DNA from: a virus
IMG/VR virus record: IMGVR_UViG_3300012352_000396
Span: 1-38,509 of that record
Direction: 5' to 3' (one strand)
Length of the DNA stretch: 38,509 bases
Shown one piece after another: positions 12,556 through 20,955 of this stretch (its first letter is position 1; every line of letters begins with the position of its first letter). The translations under genes and the position numbers were made by a program. The notes beneath the pieces are model-generated. The model searched no databases. It was not told the origin of the DNA and worked only from the letters and a program-made list of their open reading frames with translations.

Positions 12556-13155
12556 CTAAAAAGGGGTCTCGTCATCCTCAAATGCTCCTGCATCTTGAGG
12601 TGCTTGAGAAACCACACCAATCTTAGGCAGAATATTTTTTGTCACGTACTCTTGGAGGAACTCAAGCCTATCACTATCATCCCATGACTCTTTACCTTTA
12701 ATCTTAATCTTTTGAAGGTTTGGAAGGTCTCCAGGATTGTCCTTAGTCCAAAAGTGCTTCAATCCCTTACCATCTTGGTTGATGAAAAGTACGCTTGACT
12801 TCTTATCTCCTTCCTCGGTGTACTTAGGAACGATAGTCATTACCTTAGTTACATCGGCATTTGGTAGTGCCTTCAAGAATGATATGGCATAGCCACCGGA
12901 GAAGTTAAGGTCGAGGAGATAGTTCATCTGTCCGTCATTGAACGTCAAAGTCCAAAAGCGACCATACTCACTATCCTTAACCTTTACATCCATAAGCTTT
13001 GCGCTCAAAGAGTCGTAGAACTCCTCATGTACAAGCTTACCATTCTTGTTTACACGCTGAACGGATCTCTCCGTAGCATTTTGAAATTGCCTAACCAATT
13101 TACCCTTAGATACTTGCAGATAGATTGCACTAACCTGATTGTTGTTCAGTCCCAT
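12556..13155 (-). CDS. ssb: Single-stranded DNA-binding protein (phage type) with acidic C-terminal tip
   Basis: 199 aa ending ...GAFEDDETPF, like the D-D-D-I-P-F / gp2.5-type acidic-aromatic tail. Sits in the replication module. Confidence 0.6.
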   Translation of the reverse strand: MGLNNNQVSAIYLQVSKGKLVRQFQNATERSVQRVNKNGKLVHEEFYDSLSAKLMDVKVKDSEYGRFWTLTFNDGQMNYLLDLNFSGGYAISFLKALPNADVTKVMTIVPKYTEEGDKKSSVLFINQDGKGLKHFWTKDNPGDLPNLQKIKIKGKESWDDSDRLEFLQEYVTKNILPKIGVVSQAPQDAGAFEDDETPF

Positions 13156-13167
13156 TGTTATTCGGTT

Positions 13168-13410
13168 TTAATAATTCTCTTCGTCAAATGTGTCAAAAGT
13201 TGCTACTTGTGGTGGTGTGTAAGGCATACCACGCTTGTAATTAACCAATACATCGTGCATCTTGAAGTAAGAATTCATATAGATGTTGCCATCCTTCTCT
13301 GCACGATAAATTAATTGTGAAGATACACCGGCAAGTTCGCCAAGCTTTTCTCTTGATAAGTTAAGGAGAACCCTTCTTTGCCTTAACTTGTCCTTAATGT
13401 AGATTTCCAT
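13168..13410 (-). CDS. XRE-family helix-turn-helix transcriptional regulator
   Basis: 80 aa. LRQRRVLLNLSREKLGELAGVSSQLIYRAEKDGN is a typical Cro/CI-type HTH. Confidence 0.8.
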   Translation of the reverse strand: MEIYIKDKLRQRRVLLNLSREKLGELAGVSSQLIYRAEKDGNIYMNSYFKMHDVLVNYKRGMPYTPPQVATFDTFDEENY

Positions 13411-13419
13411 AATTCATTT

Positions 13420-13459
13420 GTTTATGCAAATATATAACTACATAACAATACCATCCAAA
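13420..13459 (-). promoter_or_regulatory. Candidate Bacteroidota-type promoter (minus strand: TTTG ... 21 nt ... TATATTTG) for the regulator/replication genes
   Basis: Plus-strand CAAATATA at 13427-13434 and CAAA at 13456-13459. The conserved block GTTTATGCAAATATA starts 10 nt upstream of the ATG. Confidence 0.45.
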
Positions 13460-13467
13460 TTTATTTT

Positions 13468-13508
13468 ATTAAAAATATAAAAAACCCCAATTGTAGAAAC
13501 AATCGGGG
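13468..13508 (-). terminator. Intrinsic terminator at the end of the structural/lysis operon
   Basis: On the minus strand: CCCCGATTG-TTTCTA-CAATTGGGG (one mismatch), followed by TTTTTTATATTTTT. Confidence 0.7.
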
Positions 13509-13534
13509 TCAAACACCATCGCATGAAATACAGA

Positions 13535-13996
13535 CTAAAAAGGCTTATACTTGGTCATGCCTAAAAACTTATAGGCTACCAATACTTGTTTTCGATTTCT
13601 CTCAGGTGATACATAACTAACGTGTACCCAGTCAGGGTTATAGTTGTCACCAAACTCCCAAATGAGTTGGTCGAAGTCCAAGTTGTCTTTGATGAAGTTA
13701 AATACATTTGAATTGCTTATTAAGCCACTACCATCCATGTCTATGTCAATTGCTTGACCAAGGCAATGTTGTGAATTTTTTGCCCCCTTTAAAGCCTTAT
13801 TAAGCTTCTCACTACGATATCCGGATGATATGTATATTGGTGATTTAAAATGGTTTCTAATAGGCTCAAAAACGTTTTTAGCCAATACTTTCATGTTGTC
13901 TAAATGCTCCGGCAAAGGTTGGTTACTAATCTTTAGCCTCTTTGCGGAGTCAGACCGGATCAGTTCGGCAAGAGTGAGATGTGTTGATATTTTCAT
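13535..13996 (-). CDS. Endolysin, peptidase M15 family (zinc D-Ala-D-Ala / L-Ala-D-Glu peptidase type)
   Basis: SGYRSEKLN...SQHCLGQAIDID...DWVHVSY, the H-x-D...H zinc-ligand pattern of the M15 fold. Confidence 0.8.
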   Translation of the reverse strand: MKISTHLTLAELIRSDSAKRLKISNQPLPEHLDNMKVLAKNVFEPIRNHFKSPIYISSGYRSEKLNKALKGAKNSQHCLGQAIDIDMDGSGLISNSNVFNFIKDNLDFDQLIWEFGDNYNPDWVHVSYVSPERNRKQVLVAYKFLGMTKYKPF

Positions 13997-14475
13997 TTTA
14001 ATTTAAATAAAAGTAAGAAAAAAGCTATTGATGACCCTAATGTCCAAAGAAACATTTTCTTCCAAGATTTATTATCCTTATTCCTCTCCTTCTCTAACAC
14101 CAATTCATTACGCAAAAGGCCAGTCATTGAAGAGTCTACAACCACCGCCTTAATCGTATCCCTAATGGTTCGGTTCTTGGTTATGGTGTGAAATTTTGTT
14201 TCCCAAAGGAAGGTAGTATCATTGATATTTAAAGTGTCTATGTAAACCTCTACTAAGGTATCTATAATCTCTAAGGTATCCGTGATATAAAAGAAAGAGG
14301 TATCGCATTTGCAATACCCCCTCTTTATAACCGTATCCTTAACGATATCAAACTTAGTTGGGTCTTTGAGTACTTTCTTGACCGGATTGCAAGACCCAAA
14401 CAATAAAACCAAAAGGATAAGTCCTATAAAAGCAAAAAGCAGTTCATTCTCTTCGGATAACTTAAAGTTCTTCAT
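13993..14475 (-). CDS. Candidate unimolecular spanin (N-terminal lipoprotein signal plus C-terminal TM anchor)
   Basis: N-terminal hydrophobic helix ending LLFGSC (lipobox-like). C-terminal FLWTLGSSIAFFLLLF. ATGA overlap with the endolysin. ATG at 14475 is preferred over the TTG at 14484. Confidence 0.5.
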   Translation of the reverse strand: MKNFKLSEENELLFAFIGLILLVLLFGSCNPVKKVLKDPTKFDIVKDTVIKRGYCKCDTSFFYITDTLEIIDTLVEVYIDTLNINDTTFLWETKFHTITKNRTIRDTIKAVVVDSSMTGLLRNELVLEKERNKDNKSWKKMFLWTLGSSIAFFLLLFKLK

Positions 14476-14857
14476 CTTGCTCAAGGTTTATGATGAAGTC
14501 AACTCCGGTTACCCATCCTTCCAGGAAGAAGTAATCTTCAAGACCATTAGGATTAACAACCTCGATAGGCTTGTAGCTGAACTCTTTGTCAAGAAGGGAT
14601 TTGAGTTTTGAGTTAGTCTGCTTTGCAGCATCCTTGGTGTAGCTATAATCACCTTTGTCGTTGAGGATCAGATTCCCTTTGTCATCAACACTTGCACCAT
14701 CAAGGCGAATCTCTTCACGCTCTTCACTATACTTCTCGTAAAATACTTTTAGCTTCTCGTTGATTTTGAGTAGCTTCTTCTGACCTTTTGTAGTTAGGTC
14801 TCCAATGTTGTTCCCGATGTGATTAATCACATCAATGAGTTCTCTGTAAGTCTTCAT
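14462..14857 (-). CDS. Hypothetical protein, 131 aa
   Basis: ATG ORF, no TM segment, no family recognised. Confidence 0.65.
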   Translation of the reverse strand: MKTYRELIDVINHIGNNIGDLTTKGQKKLLKINEKLKVFYEKYSEEREEIRLDGASVDDKGNLILNDKGDYSYTKDAAKQTNSKLKSLLDKEFSYKPIEVVNPNGLEDYFFLEGWVTGVDFIINLEQDEEL

Positions 14858-14866
14858 GTTATTTAT

Positions 14867-14881
14867 GTTTACGCAAATATA
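14867..14881 (-). promoter_or_regulatory. Conserved block GTTTACGCAAATATA (minus strand TATATTTGCGTAAAC), a -7 box-like element 10 nt upstream of the ATG
   Basis: Same sequence and the same 10-nt spacing to the start codon as at 13420-13434. Confidence 0.4.
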
Positions 14882-14887
14882 AACATT

Positions 14888-17536
14888 TTATCGAAACTCT
14901 GCGGCAATCATACCAAATATCGGATCGGCAGCACCATCACCACCACTACCCATAAGTGCTATAAATACATCAGCCTTCGCCCCTGCAACCAAGTCAATCC
15001 ATGCAGTCTCAAGGAATTGGTTAGTGTTATTGACGGCAAGTTGAACCGATGTAGTGCCAATGGCAGACCAAAGGTTGGCGTTCTGCGTATAGGTAGTATT
15101 GTACCTCAATATGATAGCAGAACCACTCGCTCCTGCCGTTCCAAGTTTGTTGATAAGCAATCTCACTTGAGTGAAGTTGCTCAACTCAGCAGCGTTTATA
15201 AAGGCAGTAGAACCATCGAAGAACGATATTGCACTTGGCATATTAGTCCATGTATCTGGAAGGGCAGAGTTGAAGTCTATCCTATAAAGTTTAGTTCCAT
15301 TAGTTGGTACTGGTACTGTGATAATACTTCCCGTTGAAGTGAATGCAAGATACCCTGCTGCCGTTCCCGTAAAGGATGTAGAAGTCAAGTAGTCATTCCA
15401 CTTAAACTGACCCGTTGTAAGCAACTCTACCGCTTTCCATGAGCCTTGGAATATCTCAAGAGGAACGGTGTCAGGAGTGCGTATAACGGAGGCATAAGGT
15501 GTAGCACCAAATGTAGCTCCCGTGCTTCCCTCGCTACCAATAAAAAAGTTACCACCAGTATTCACAAATTGGAAGAAAGTGGCATTAGTTCCAACGGCAG
15601 AAGTGATTTTGGCTATACCAAAGTTAGATGATACATCGAGTGCTTGCGAAGGACTTGCTACGCCAATGCCAAGCCTCTTATTTACCGAGTCATAATAAAA
15701 CCCACTCGCACCCATGGTTACATCACCGCTTGTAGCTATTCTTGCCCTCTCTGCTCCATTAACATAAAAAGCCATTGGTACACCACCACTATAAAATAGT
15801 GCAGTCGTATCTGCTGCGCCACCTATTATACCACCTGCATCTCCAAATGCCGCTATGGTGTTTACTTTGGTAGTATTAGAAACATAAAAAGCACCTCCAT
15901 CACCTGACCGTACTCTTATTATACCACCAGTTGCTTTGTATGCATCAATTAATACAGTTGGAGAGGCATCCCCAATGCCAATATTTGTCCCATTATCTAA
16001 AATCTGACTATTGCCTAATACACTACCGCCAGTTGTCCACTTAGTTACATAGTTAGTAGTTCCAGTACCACTTATGCCACCACCTGCAATTGTCTCCCAT
16101 GTTGGAGCAGTACCATTTATTTGAGATAAGTATTTCCTTGTACCCGTGGAGTTTGCAAAAAGTTGAGCAGGAGTTCCGCCCGTGTCAGCATAGATTATAC
16201 TCCCTTCCAAGGTCATTGGATTGGTCATATAGTTAGCAGTCCAAAACTCGTACGCAGTATTTAAAGCGTTCCTACGAAGTATCTGACCTGCCGTACCCGT
16301 AATAGCAGTAACCGCACTTGTGCCATTACCTACGAGTACACCAGTTAGGGTCGATGCTCCAGTACCACCACGACCCACCGCTAACTGACCAGTCCATCCA
16401 AGGTTTATACTTACTGGCTGAAGTAATGAACTCGCAGGTGTTCCACCAAGAGTCATTTGCACATTCGTATCATTAGCGAAAGTCAATTCTGATCCTGCTA
16501 TATCACCACCTTGCAACGTCCTAAATTCGTATGCAGTATTCAAGGTGTTTCTTCTCAAGAATTGTCCTGCCGTTCCTGCCACCGCAGTCATATTAGCAGC
16601 AGCATTGCCTATAACTACGCCCGTTAGTGTAGCAGCACCAGTACCTCCACGACCTACGGCAAGTTGACCAGTCCAACCCATTGTGAGTGATGTCGCACGA
16701 AGAACTGCCGTAGAAGGAGTGCCTCCTAATGTTATCTGGACGTTAGTGTCATTTGTGCTTGTAAGCGCAGCACCTGGCACATCTGCATTGGTAAATGATG
16801 CCCAAGAAAGTGATGTTGTTGCAGTACCATTACCGATTGATGTGAGGAATTGCTTTGTTGTTGTAATATTACTTGGCAACCTCGTAGGGACACCACCACT
16901 TTGATATATCATATCAAAATTTAGGGTCATTGGATTTGTCAAGAAAGATGCAGTATAAAACTCATAAGCAGTTCCTGCACTATTCCTACGAAGTATCTGA
17001 TTCGGTCCACCAACAACCGCAGTCATTGCGCTTGTGCCATTCCCTATCACAACACCAGTAAGCGTTGCAGCACCAGTACCACCACGAGATACCGCAAGTT
17101 GCCCTGCCCATCCAAGTGTCATGCTTACGGATCGTAGCAACGCAGTTGAAGGAGTACCACCAAGAGTCATCGTTACGTTAGTATCATCAACCTCAGTTAA
17201 CGCAGCACCAGTTATACTGCTACCTGCTATTGCAGACCAAGACAATGCTGATCCATCTGTCGTTAAGTACCTACCATTGTTGCCCGTTTGAGATGGGAAG
17301 TTCACAACAAACGTATAAGCATCATCCCAATTGGATTGCTTTATAGTTGTAGGTATAGCATACCCTGCCGCAAAACTCAACGACAATGCTATCGTTCCTG
17401 CGCTCGTAATAGGTGAGCCACTTACGGATTGAGCAAGACCAGTAGGTACAGTTGCGCTGAAACCTACCGATGTTACCGAACCACTACCCGAACCAGTTGT
17501 AGGGGTGTATGCAATAAGTGACTTATTTATTCTCAT
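14888..17536 (-). CDS. Tail fiber protein with three ~85-aa internal repeats
   Basis: Repeats LT..DTNV..TLGGTPS..L.....GW.GQLAV.RGGTGA.TLTGV..GN......A..G...Q.LRRN...TAYEF. The ATG at 17536 forms an ATGA overlap with the upstream stop; the track start is a TTG at 17575. Confidence 0.8.
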   Translation of the reverse strand: MRINKSLIAYTPTTGSGSGSVTSVGFSATVPTGLAQSVSGSPITSAGTIALSLSFAAGYAIPTTIKQSNWDDAYTFVVNFPSQTGNNGRYLTTDGSALSWSAIAGSSITGAALTEVDDTNVTMTLGGTPSTALLRSVSMTLGWAGQLAVSRGGTGAATLTGVVIGNGTSAMTAVVGGPNQILRRNSAGTAYEFYTASFLTNPMTLNFDMIYQSGGVPTRLPSNITTTKQFLTSIGNGTATTSLSWASFTNADVPGAALTSTNDTNVQITLGGTPSTAVLRATSLTMGWTGQLAVGRGGTGAATLTGVVIGNAAANMTAVAGTAGQFLRRNTLNTAYEFRTLQGGDIAGSELTFANDTNVQMTLGGTPASSLLQPVSINLGWTGQLAVGRGGTGASTLTGVLVGNGTSAVTAITGTAGQILRRNALNTAYEFWTANYMTNPMTLEGSIIYADTGGTPAQLFANSTGTRKYLSQINGTAPTWETIAGGGISGTGTTNYVTKWTTGGSVLGNSQILDNGTNIGIGDASPTVLIDAYKATGGIIRVRSGDGGAFYVSNTTKVNTIAAFGDAGGIIGGAADTTALFYSGGVPMAFYVNGAERARIATSGDVTMGASGFYYDSVNKRLGIGVASPSQALDVSSNFGIAKITSAVGTNATFFQFVNTGGNFFIGSEGSTGATFGATPYASVIRTPDTVPLEIFQGSWKAVELLTTGQFKWNDYLTSTSFTGTAAGYLAFTSTGSIITVPVPTNGTKLYRIDFNSALPDTWTNMPSAISFFDGSTAFINAAELSNFTQVRLLINKLGTAGASGSAIILRYNTTYTQNANLWSAIGTTSVQLAVNNTNQFLETAWIDLVAGAKADVFIALMGSGGDGAADPIFGMIAAEFR

Positions 17537-17832
17537 GCGGGGATAAGAGTAAGTTGTAATTGTTGTGCTGCCCAATCAATAATCCAAGCATTAGCATCTG
17601 GGGAAGAAGACCATGATGTGTAGTCTGCACCTGAGCAAGTAAGTCTTCCCGTTTGGATGTACCCACCTGCTTGGTTGTTACCATCTGCATCGACATAGTT
17701 CTCACGAATGCCCCAATCGAGATCCGCTTTCCTACTCAAGTCATCATAGCCTGAGTTAATCTCAAACCATTGTGCGGTCTTCTGCTGCCCTGCTACCCAA
17801 TCAATTGTGATGGGTTGAATTTCATTTATCAT
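17533..17832 (-). CDS. Hypothetical protein, 99 aa (between the two fibers)
   Basis: ATG ORF translationally coupled to the downstream fiber gene. Confidence 0.6.
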   Translation of the reverse strand: MINEIQPITIDWVAGQQKTAQWFEINSGYDDLSRKADLDWGIRENYVDADGNNQAGGYIQTGRLTCSGADYTSWSSSPDANAWIIDWAAQQLQLTLIPA

Positions 17833-17842
17833 GTTATTTGTT

Positions 17843-20227
17843 TTATACTGAAGTTATCGTCTCCCATGTTGTTGTATAAACACATAGCTTATTTAAAGTC
17901 GTATCAAAAACCACCAACCCTGCGGCAGGTGTAGCTATTGCATTCTTTTGTGTTGTTGTCATCCTTGGAGGAAGGAATCCTTGATTTGTTGAGTCAATAG
18001 CAAATATTGAAGATGGGTAAAGGTCTGTTATCCCAGTTGACTTCGATAGAATCCAACCTTGGTTACCTCCGTTTGCACCTCTTATATTTGTATTTGTTGA
18101 ATATAAGTGGAATCTATTAGCAATAATGCTATTATTATACCCTTGTATAAATGTAACACCATTACTAACTGCACCAAGGGTCATATTTGATAGTATCTGA
18201 AAGCCACTTGTCTGATTGGTCGATTCAAAAATAGTGTTAGTGCTATTCGCCAATATCCTAAATCTGCGTAATCCGCTTGATATCATTTCAAGGGCAACCG
18301 TTGTGCTTCCAGATGCGTTTAGTGTAAGCGGAGTTGAAGATGTTGTTGATACTATACTGCTTCCATTTACACCAGTTATGTTAGTGTCACTATTAAAATT
18401 AAATGTACCAGAAGAGTTCTCAAAGAATGTGTTTGATGAGTTTCTATATATACTTAACCTATTTGCGCCTATTGAACTTGTGTAAAACCCTAAGTTGAAC
18501 GTATATACTCCATCATAAAAGGTAGCTAACCCATTACCACTTGCAAATGTTGTTGCAACTTGTAGTTTAGCACTACCATTCGTTCTTGTACCAACAAGCA
18601 AGTTCCCACCAAGCCACGTTGATGTGGTTGTGGCATTACCTATCCATGTCCTATTGCTCTCTATACCACTCTCTCCAAGGCATCCATAGCCTATGAAGAT
18701 GTTATTCGCACCAACGCTATTGCTCAAGCTACCCACACTATCGTATGCCGCCCAATGACCAATAGCTACGTTATTATATCCGTTTGAGTTTCCAAACAAT
18801 GCGGCAGTACCTACGGCTACGTTATTGTCTCCACTACTATTACCAACAAGTGCTTGAACACCGATAGCCATGTTATTGCTACCATTCAAGTTGTAGTACA
18901 TCGCAGCATAACCCAAGGCTACGTTACCTGCTCCAGTCGTGTTGCTCAATAACGCACTACCACCAACCCTCAAGTTACTCGCCACATTCCCTGCACCAAC
19001 ACCTATGTTAATCCCATTGACAAGGATATCACTTGTGAACTTCGCTGATCCGCTTACTTGAAGTTTGTTGATTGTGTCATCTGCAAAGCTTCCAAGTAAC
19101 AAATTACCACTATTTGTGAGACCCATTATCTGAGTCAATGAAATAGCCGTGTTGGCAGCACCAACACCTGCGCTTCGCCAAGCAAAGCCACCAGTTGGCA
19201 TATCCATTACAGATACCCAATCACCATTCTTCCTTCTTATCTGACCAGATGTGTCAAGGTAGTAATTGCTGCCAACCGCACCATAGCTACCTGGACTTGT
19301 CTTAGAGACACTACAAAAATTACCTACAACTAAACTATACCCACCAACCTCTAATGAATTTGTTGCATTAGCACCACTAAATGGCGAAACACCAATACCT
19401 AAATCACCAGTTGAATCACTAATTAAATTGCTATCTCCTAACGCAGAAGAACTGGTAAATTTAGGTATGTAGTTTATTGTCCCACTACCACTTAAACCAG
19501 ATGTAATCGTCCATGAACGATTGGATGAGATGTCAAATGTGACTCCGTTTATCGTTAATGTCGTAGCTGCGTTTGCAGGGGTATAACCAAGCACAGTACC
19601 AATGCTTTTCTTCTCCCAAAGAGATGTTGTCGTATTGAAGAAGATACCATCGTTATTGGAAGGATTCCTTACCGCAAAATCATGTATCTCATCAGCCTCG
19701 TAGCCATTAGCAATCCTAACCTCTATCTCACCTTGCGTTGGATGGCTTCGATTGACAACACCAATGTAGACAAGGTGAGCAGGAGCGTATTGCTTAGTAG
19801 TTGTATATCCACCTGCAATCGTACTACTCAAATATAATTGCGAACCATTGGCTATCGCTTGTGTATCTAAATCTCCTATCTTACCTGCTAAAATTATGTA
19901 TCCAGACTTATTGTCCGTGATATCTTCCAACACCAACCCGAAAGTCTGCGCACTCGTAGCATCACTCGTAGCAATAGCCTTCGCTACGCTTGGAAGATTG
20001 CCATGAGAACCATTGATGTAAACCACAGTCCCTTTGGCTAATGTAGCACCCGTCACATTATACACCTTCGTTCTCAACCTCTCAGCATCCAATCCACTAC
20101 TCCCACCATCATAAGCAACCTTGATGAACGTAGAGTTCACCGATGTCTTAATGTATGTGCTATTGTCCTCAAATGTGGATCTGATGAACGAATTCCCTAC
20201 TGGATATGTGACTTTAATGTAACTCAT
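17843..20227 (-). CDS. Tail fiber / receptor-binding protein with a YadA-head-like NN.A.G repeat block
   Basis: 794 aa. NNMAIGVQALVGNSSGDNNVAVGTAALFGNSNGYNNVAIG repeats. C-terminus QGFLPPRMTTTQKNAI..P..GLVVFDTT..KLCVY....WETI. Confidence 0.75.
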   Translation of the reverse strand: MSYIKVTYPVGNSFIRSTFEDNSTYIKTSVNSTFIKVAYDGGSSGLDAERLRTKVYNVTGATLAKGTVVYINGSHGNLPSVAKAIATSDATSAQTFGLVLEDITDNKSGYIILAGKIGDLDTQAIANGSQLYLSSTIAGGYTTTKQYAPAHLVYIGVVNRSHPTQGEIEVRIANGYEADEIHDFAVRNPSNNDGIFFNTTTSLWEKKSIGTVLGYTPANAATTLTINGVTFDISSNRSWTITSGLSGSGTINYIPKFTSSSALGDSNLISDSTGDLGIGVSPFSGANATNSLEVGGYSLVVGNFCSVSKTSPGSYGAVGSNYYLDTSGQIRRKNGDWVSVMDMPTGGFAWRSAGVGAANTAISLTQIMGLTNSGNLLLGSFADDTINKLQVSGSAKFTSDILVNGINIGVGAGNVASNLRVGGSALLSNTTGAGNVALGYAAMYYNLNGSNNMAIGVQALVGNSSGDNNVAVGTAALFGNSNGYNNVAIGHWAAYDSVGSLSNSVGANNIFIGYGCLGESGIESNRTWIGNATTTSTWLGGNLLVGTRTNGSAKLQVATTFASGNGLATFYDGVYTFNLGFYTSSIGANRLSIYRNSSNTFFENSSGTFNFNSDTNITGVNGSSIVSTTSSTPLTLNASGSTTVALEMISSGLRRFRILANSTNTIFESTNQTSGFQILSNMTLGAVSNGVTFIQGYNNSIIANRFHLYSTNTNIRGANGGNQGWILSKSTGITDLYPSSIFAIDSTNQGFLPPRMTTTQKNAIATPAAGLVVFDTTLNKLCVYTTTWETITSV

Positions 20228-20556
20228 TACGCAAACACATTAACGAACCCTTTCATCTCTGTAAACGTTCCCTCTGGCTTAACCACGCTTAACTCATAAG
20301 TGAAGTCACCTGCGGTGTAGCCAGTAGTTGTTGCAGGAGCAAGAGTAACGGTTCTTTTGAAGTTGTCAAGACCTTGAACGAATGTAGCATCGTTCCATGT
20401 GAATTGAGTAACACCACTCGCATTCTTCGCAACCAAGGTGAACACCCACGCACTCACATCTTTAGTCGTAGAGTAGCAACTATCGGTGTAGAACTCAAGT
20501 TCCCACACCCATGTGTTTCCTTTCTTTATCGGTTTTAAATTATGTTCCGGTATCAT
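20227..20556 (-). CDS. Hypothetical virion-module protein, 109 aa
   Basis: ATG ORF, beta-rich sequence, no family recognised. Confidence 0.6.
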   Translation of the reverse strand: MIPEHNLKPIKKGNTWVWELEFYTDSCYSTTKDVSAWVFTLVAKNASGVTQFTWNDATFVQGLDNFKRTVTLAPATTTGYTAGDFTYELSVVKPEGTFTEMKGFVNVFA

Positions 20557-20774
20557 TCTCTATCTGCTTTATCCTTTAATTCAAGTTTGATGTCTTGTAA
20601 CGCATCAAATATCTTTGTCAACTTCTCACCAATCTCATCCTCTTTCTTCTCAAGGGTGCGGACACGAAGGTCAAGTTCACGCAACTTAATCTTCATGTCC
20701 GTAAACATCTTAGACAATGCCCCTATGAACACGATGGACTGAATCACTATTGTTACTAAGATACCCTGATCCAT
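20553..20774 (-). CDS. Membrane-anchored coiled-coil protein, 73 aa
   Basis: N-terminal TM (ILVTIVIQSIVFIGAL), then a charged heptad-like helix. Confidence 0.55.
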   Translation of the reverse strand: MDQGILVTIVIQSIVFIGALSKMFTDMKIKLRELDLRVRTLEKKEDEIGEKLTKIFDALQDIKLELKDKADRE

Positions 20775-20780
20775 TTCTAA

Positions 20781-20945
20781 TTACTTTTGTTCTTTAGCAT
20801 CTGATGCGAAAAGTCCCACAAGGAACATACCAATACCTGCAAGTATCATCTTCCAATCACCTGCCTCTGCACCTTCCCAAATCACCGGAAGACCTGCAAC
20901 TGCACCAAACAAACTTGTCTTAACATTGTCAACTAATTGTTTCAT
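20781..20945 (-). CDS. Small two-segment membrane protein, 54 aa (holin-like size and topology)
   Basis: Hand-translated: MKQLVDNVKTSLFGAVAGLPVIWEGAEAGDWKMILAGIGMFLVGLFASDAKEQK. Confidence 0.45.
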   Translation of the reverse strand: MKQLVDNVKTSLFGAVAGLPVIWEGAEAGDWKMILAGIGMFLVGLFASDAKEQK

Positions 20946-20955
20946 ATACTTTGTT

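Noticed and set aside
12116-12620. Long versions of ORFs crossing the 12341-12555 gap (105-aa and 100-aa minus-strand ORFs, 127-aa plus-strand ORF)
   Set aside because: The translations are low-complexity or basic and run through hairpin-rich sequence. A shorter ATG-initiated ORF (12116-12340) with ordinary composition explains the coding part.
13168-13410. Lysogeny module or temperate lifestyle, inferred from the XRE/CI-like regulator
   Set aside because: No integrase, recombinase, excisionase, partition or protelomerase gene is visible anywhere in the window. One small HTH protein is insufficient to call the phage temperate.
14888-17575. Diversity-generating retroelement acting on the repeated tail fiber
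   Set aside because: No reverse transcriptase gene and no adenine-biased template/variable repeat pair are present. The repeats are diverged protein modules.
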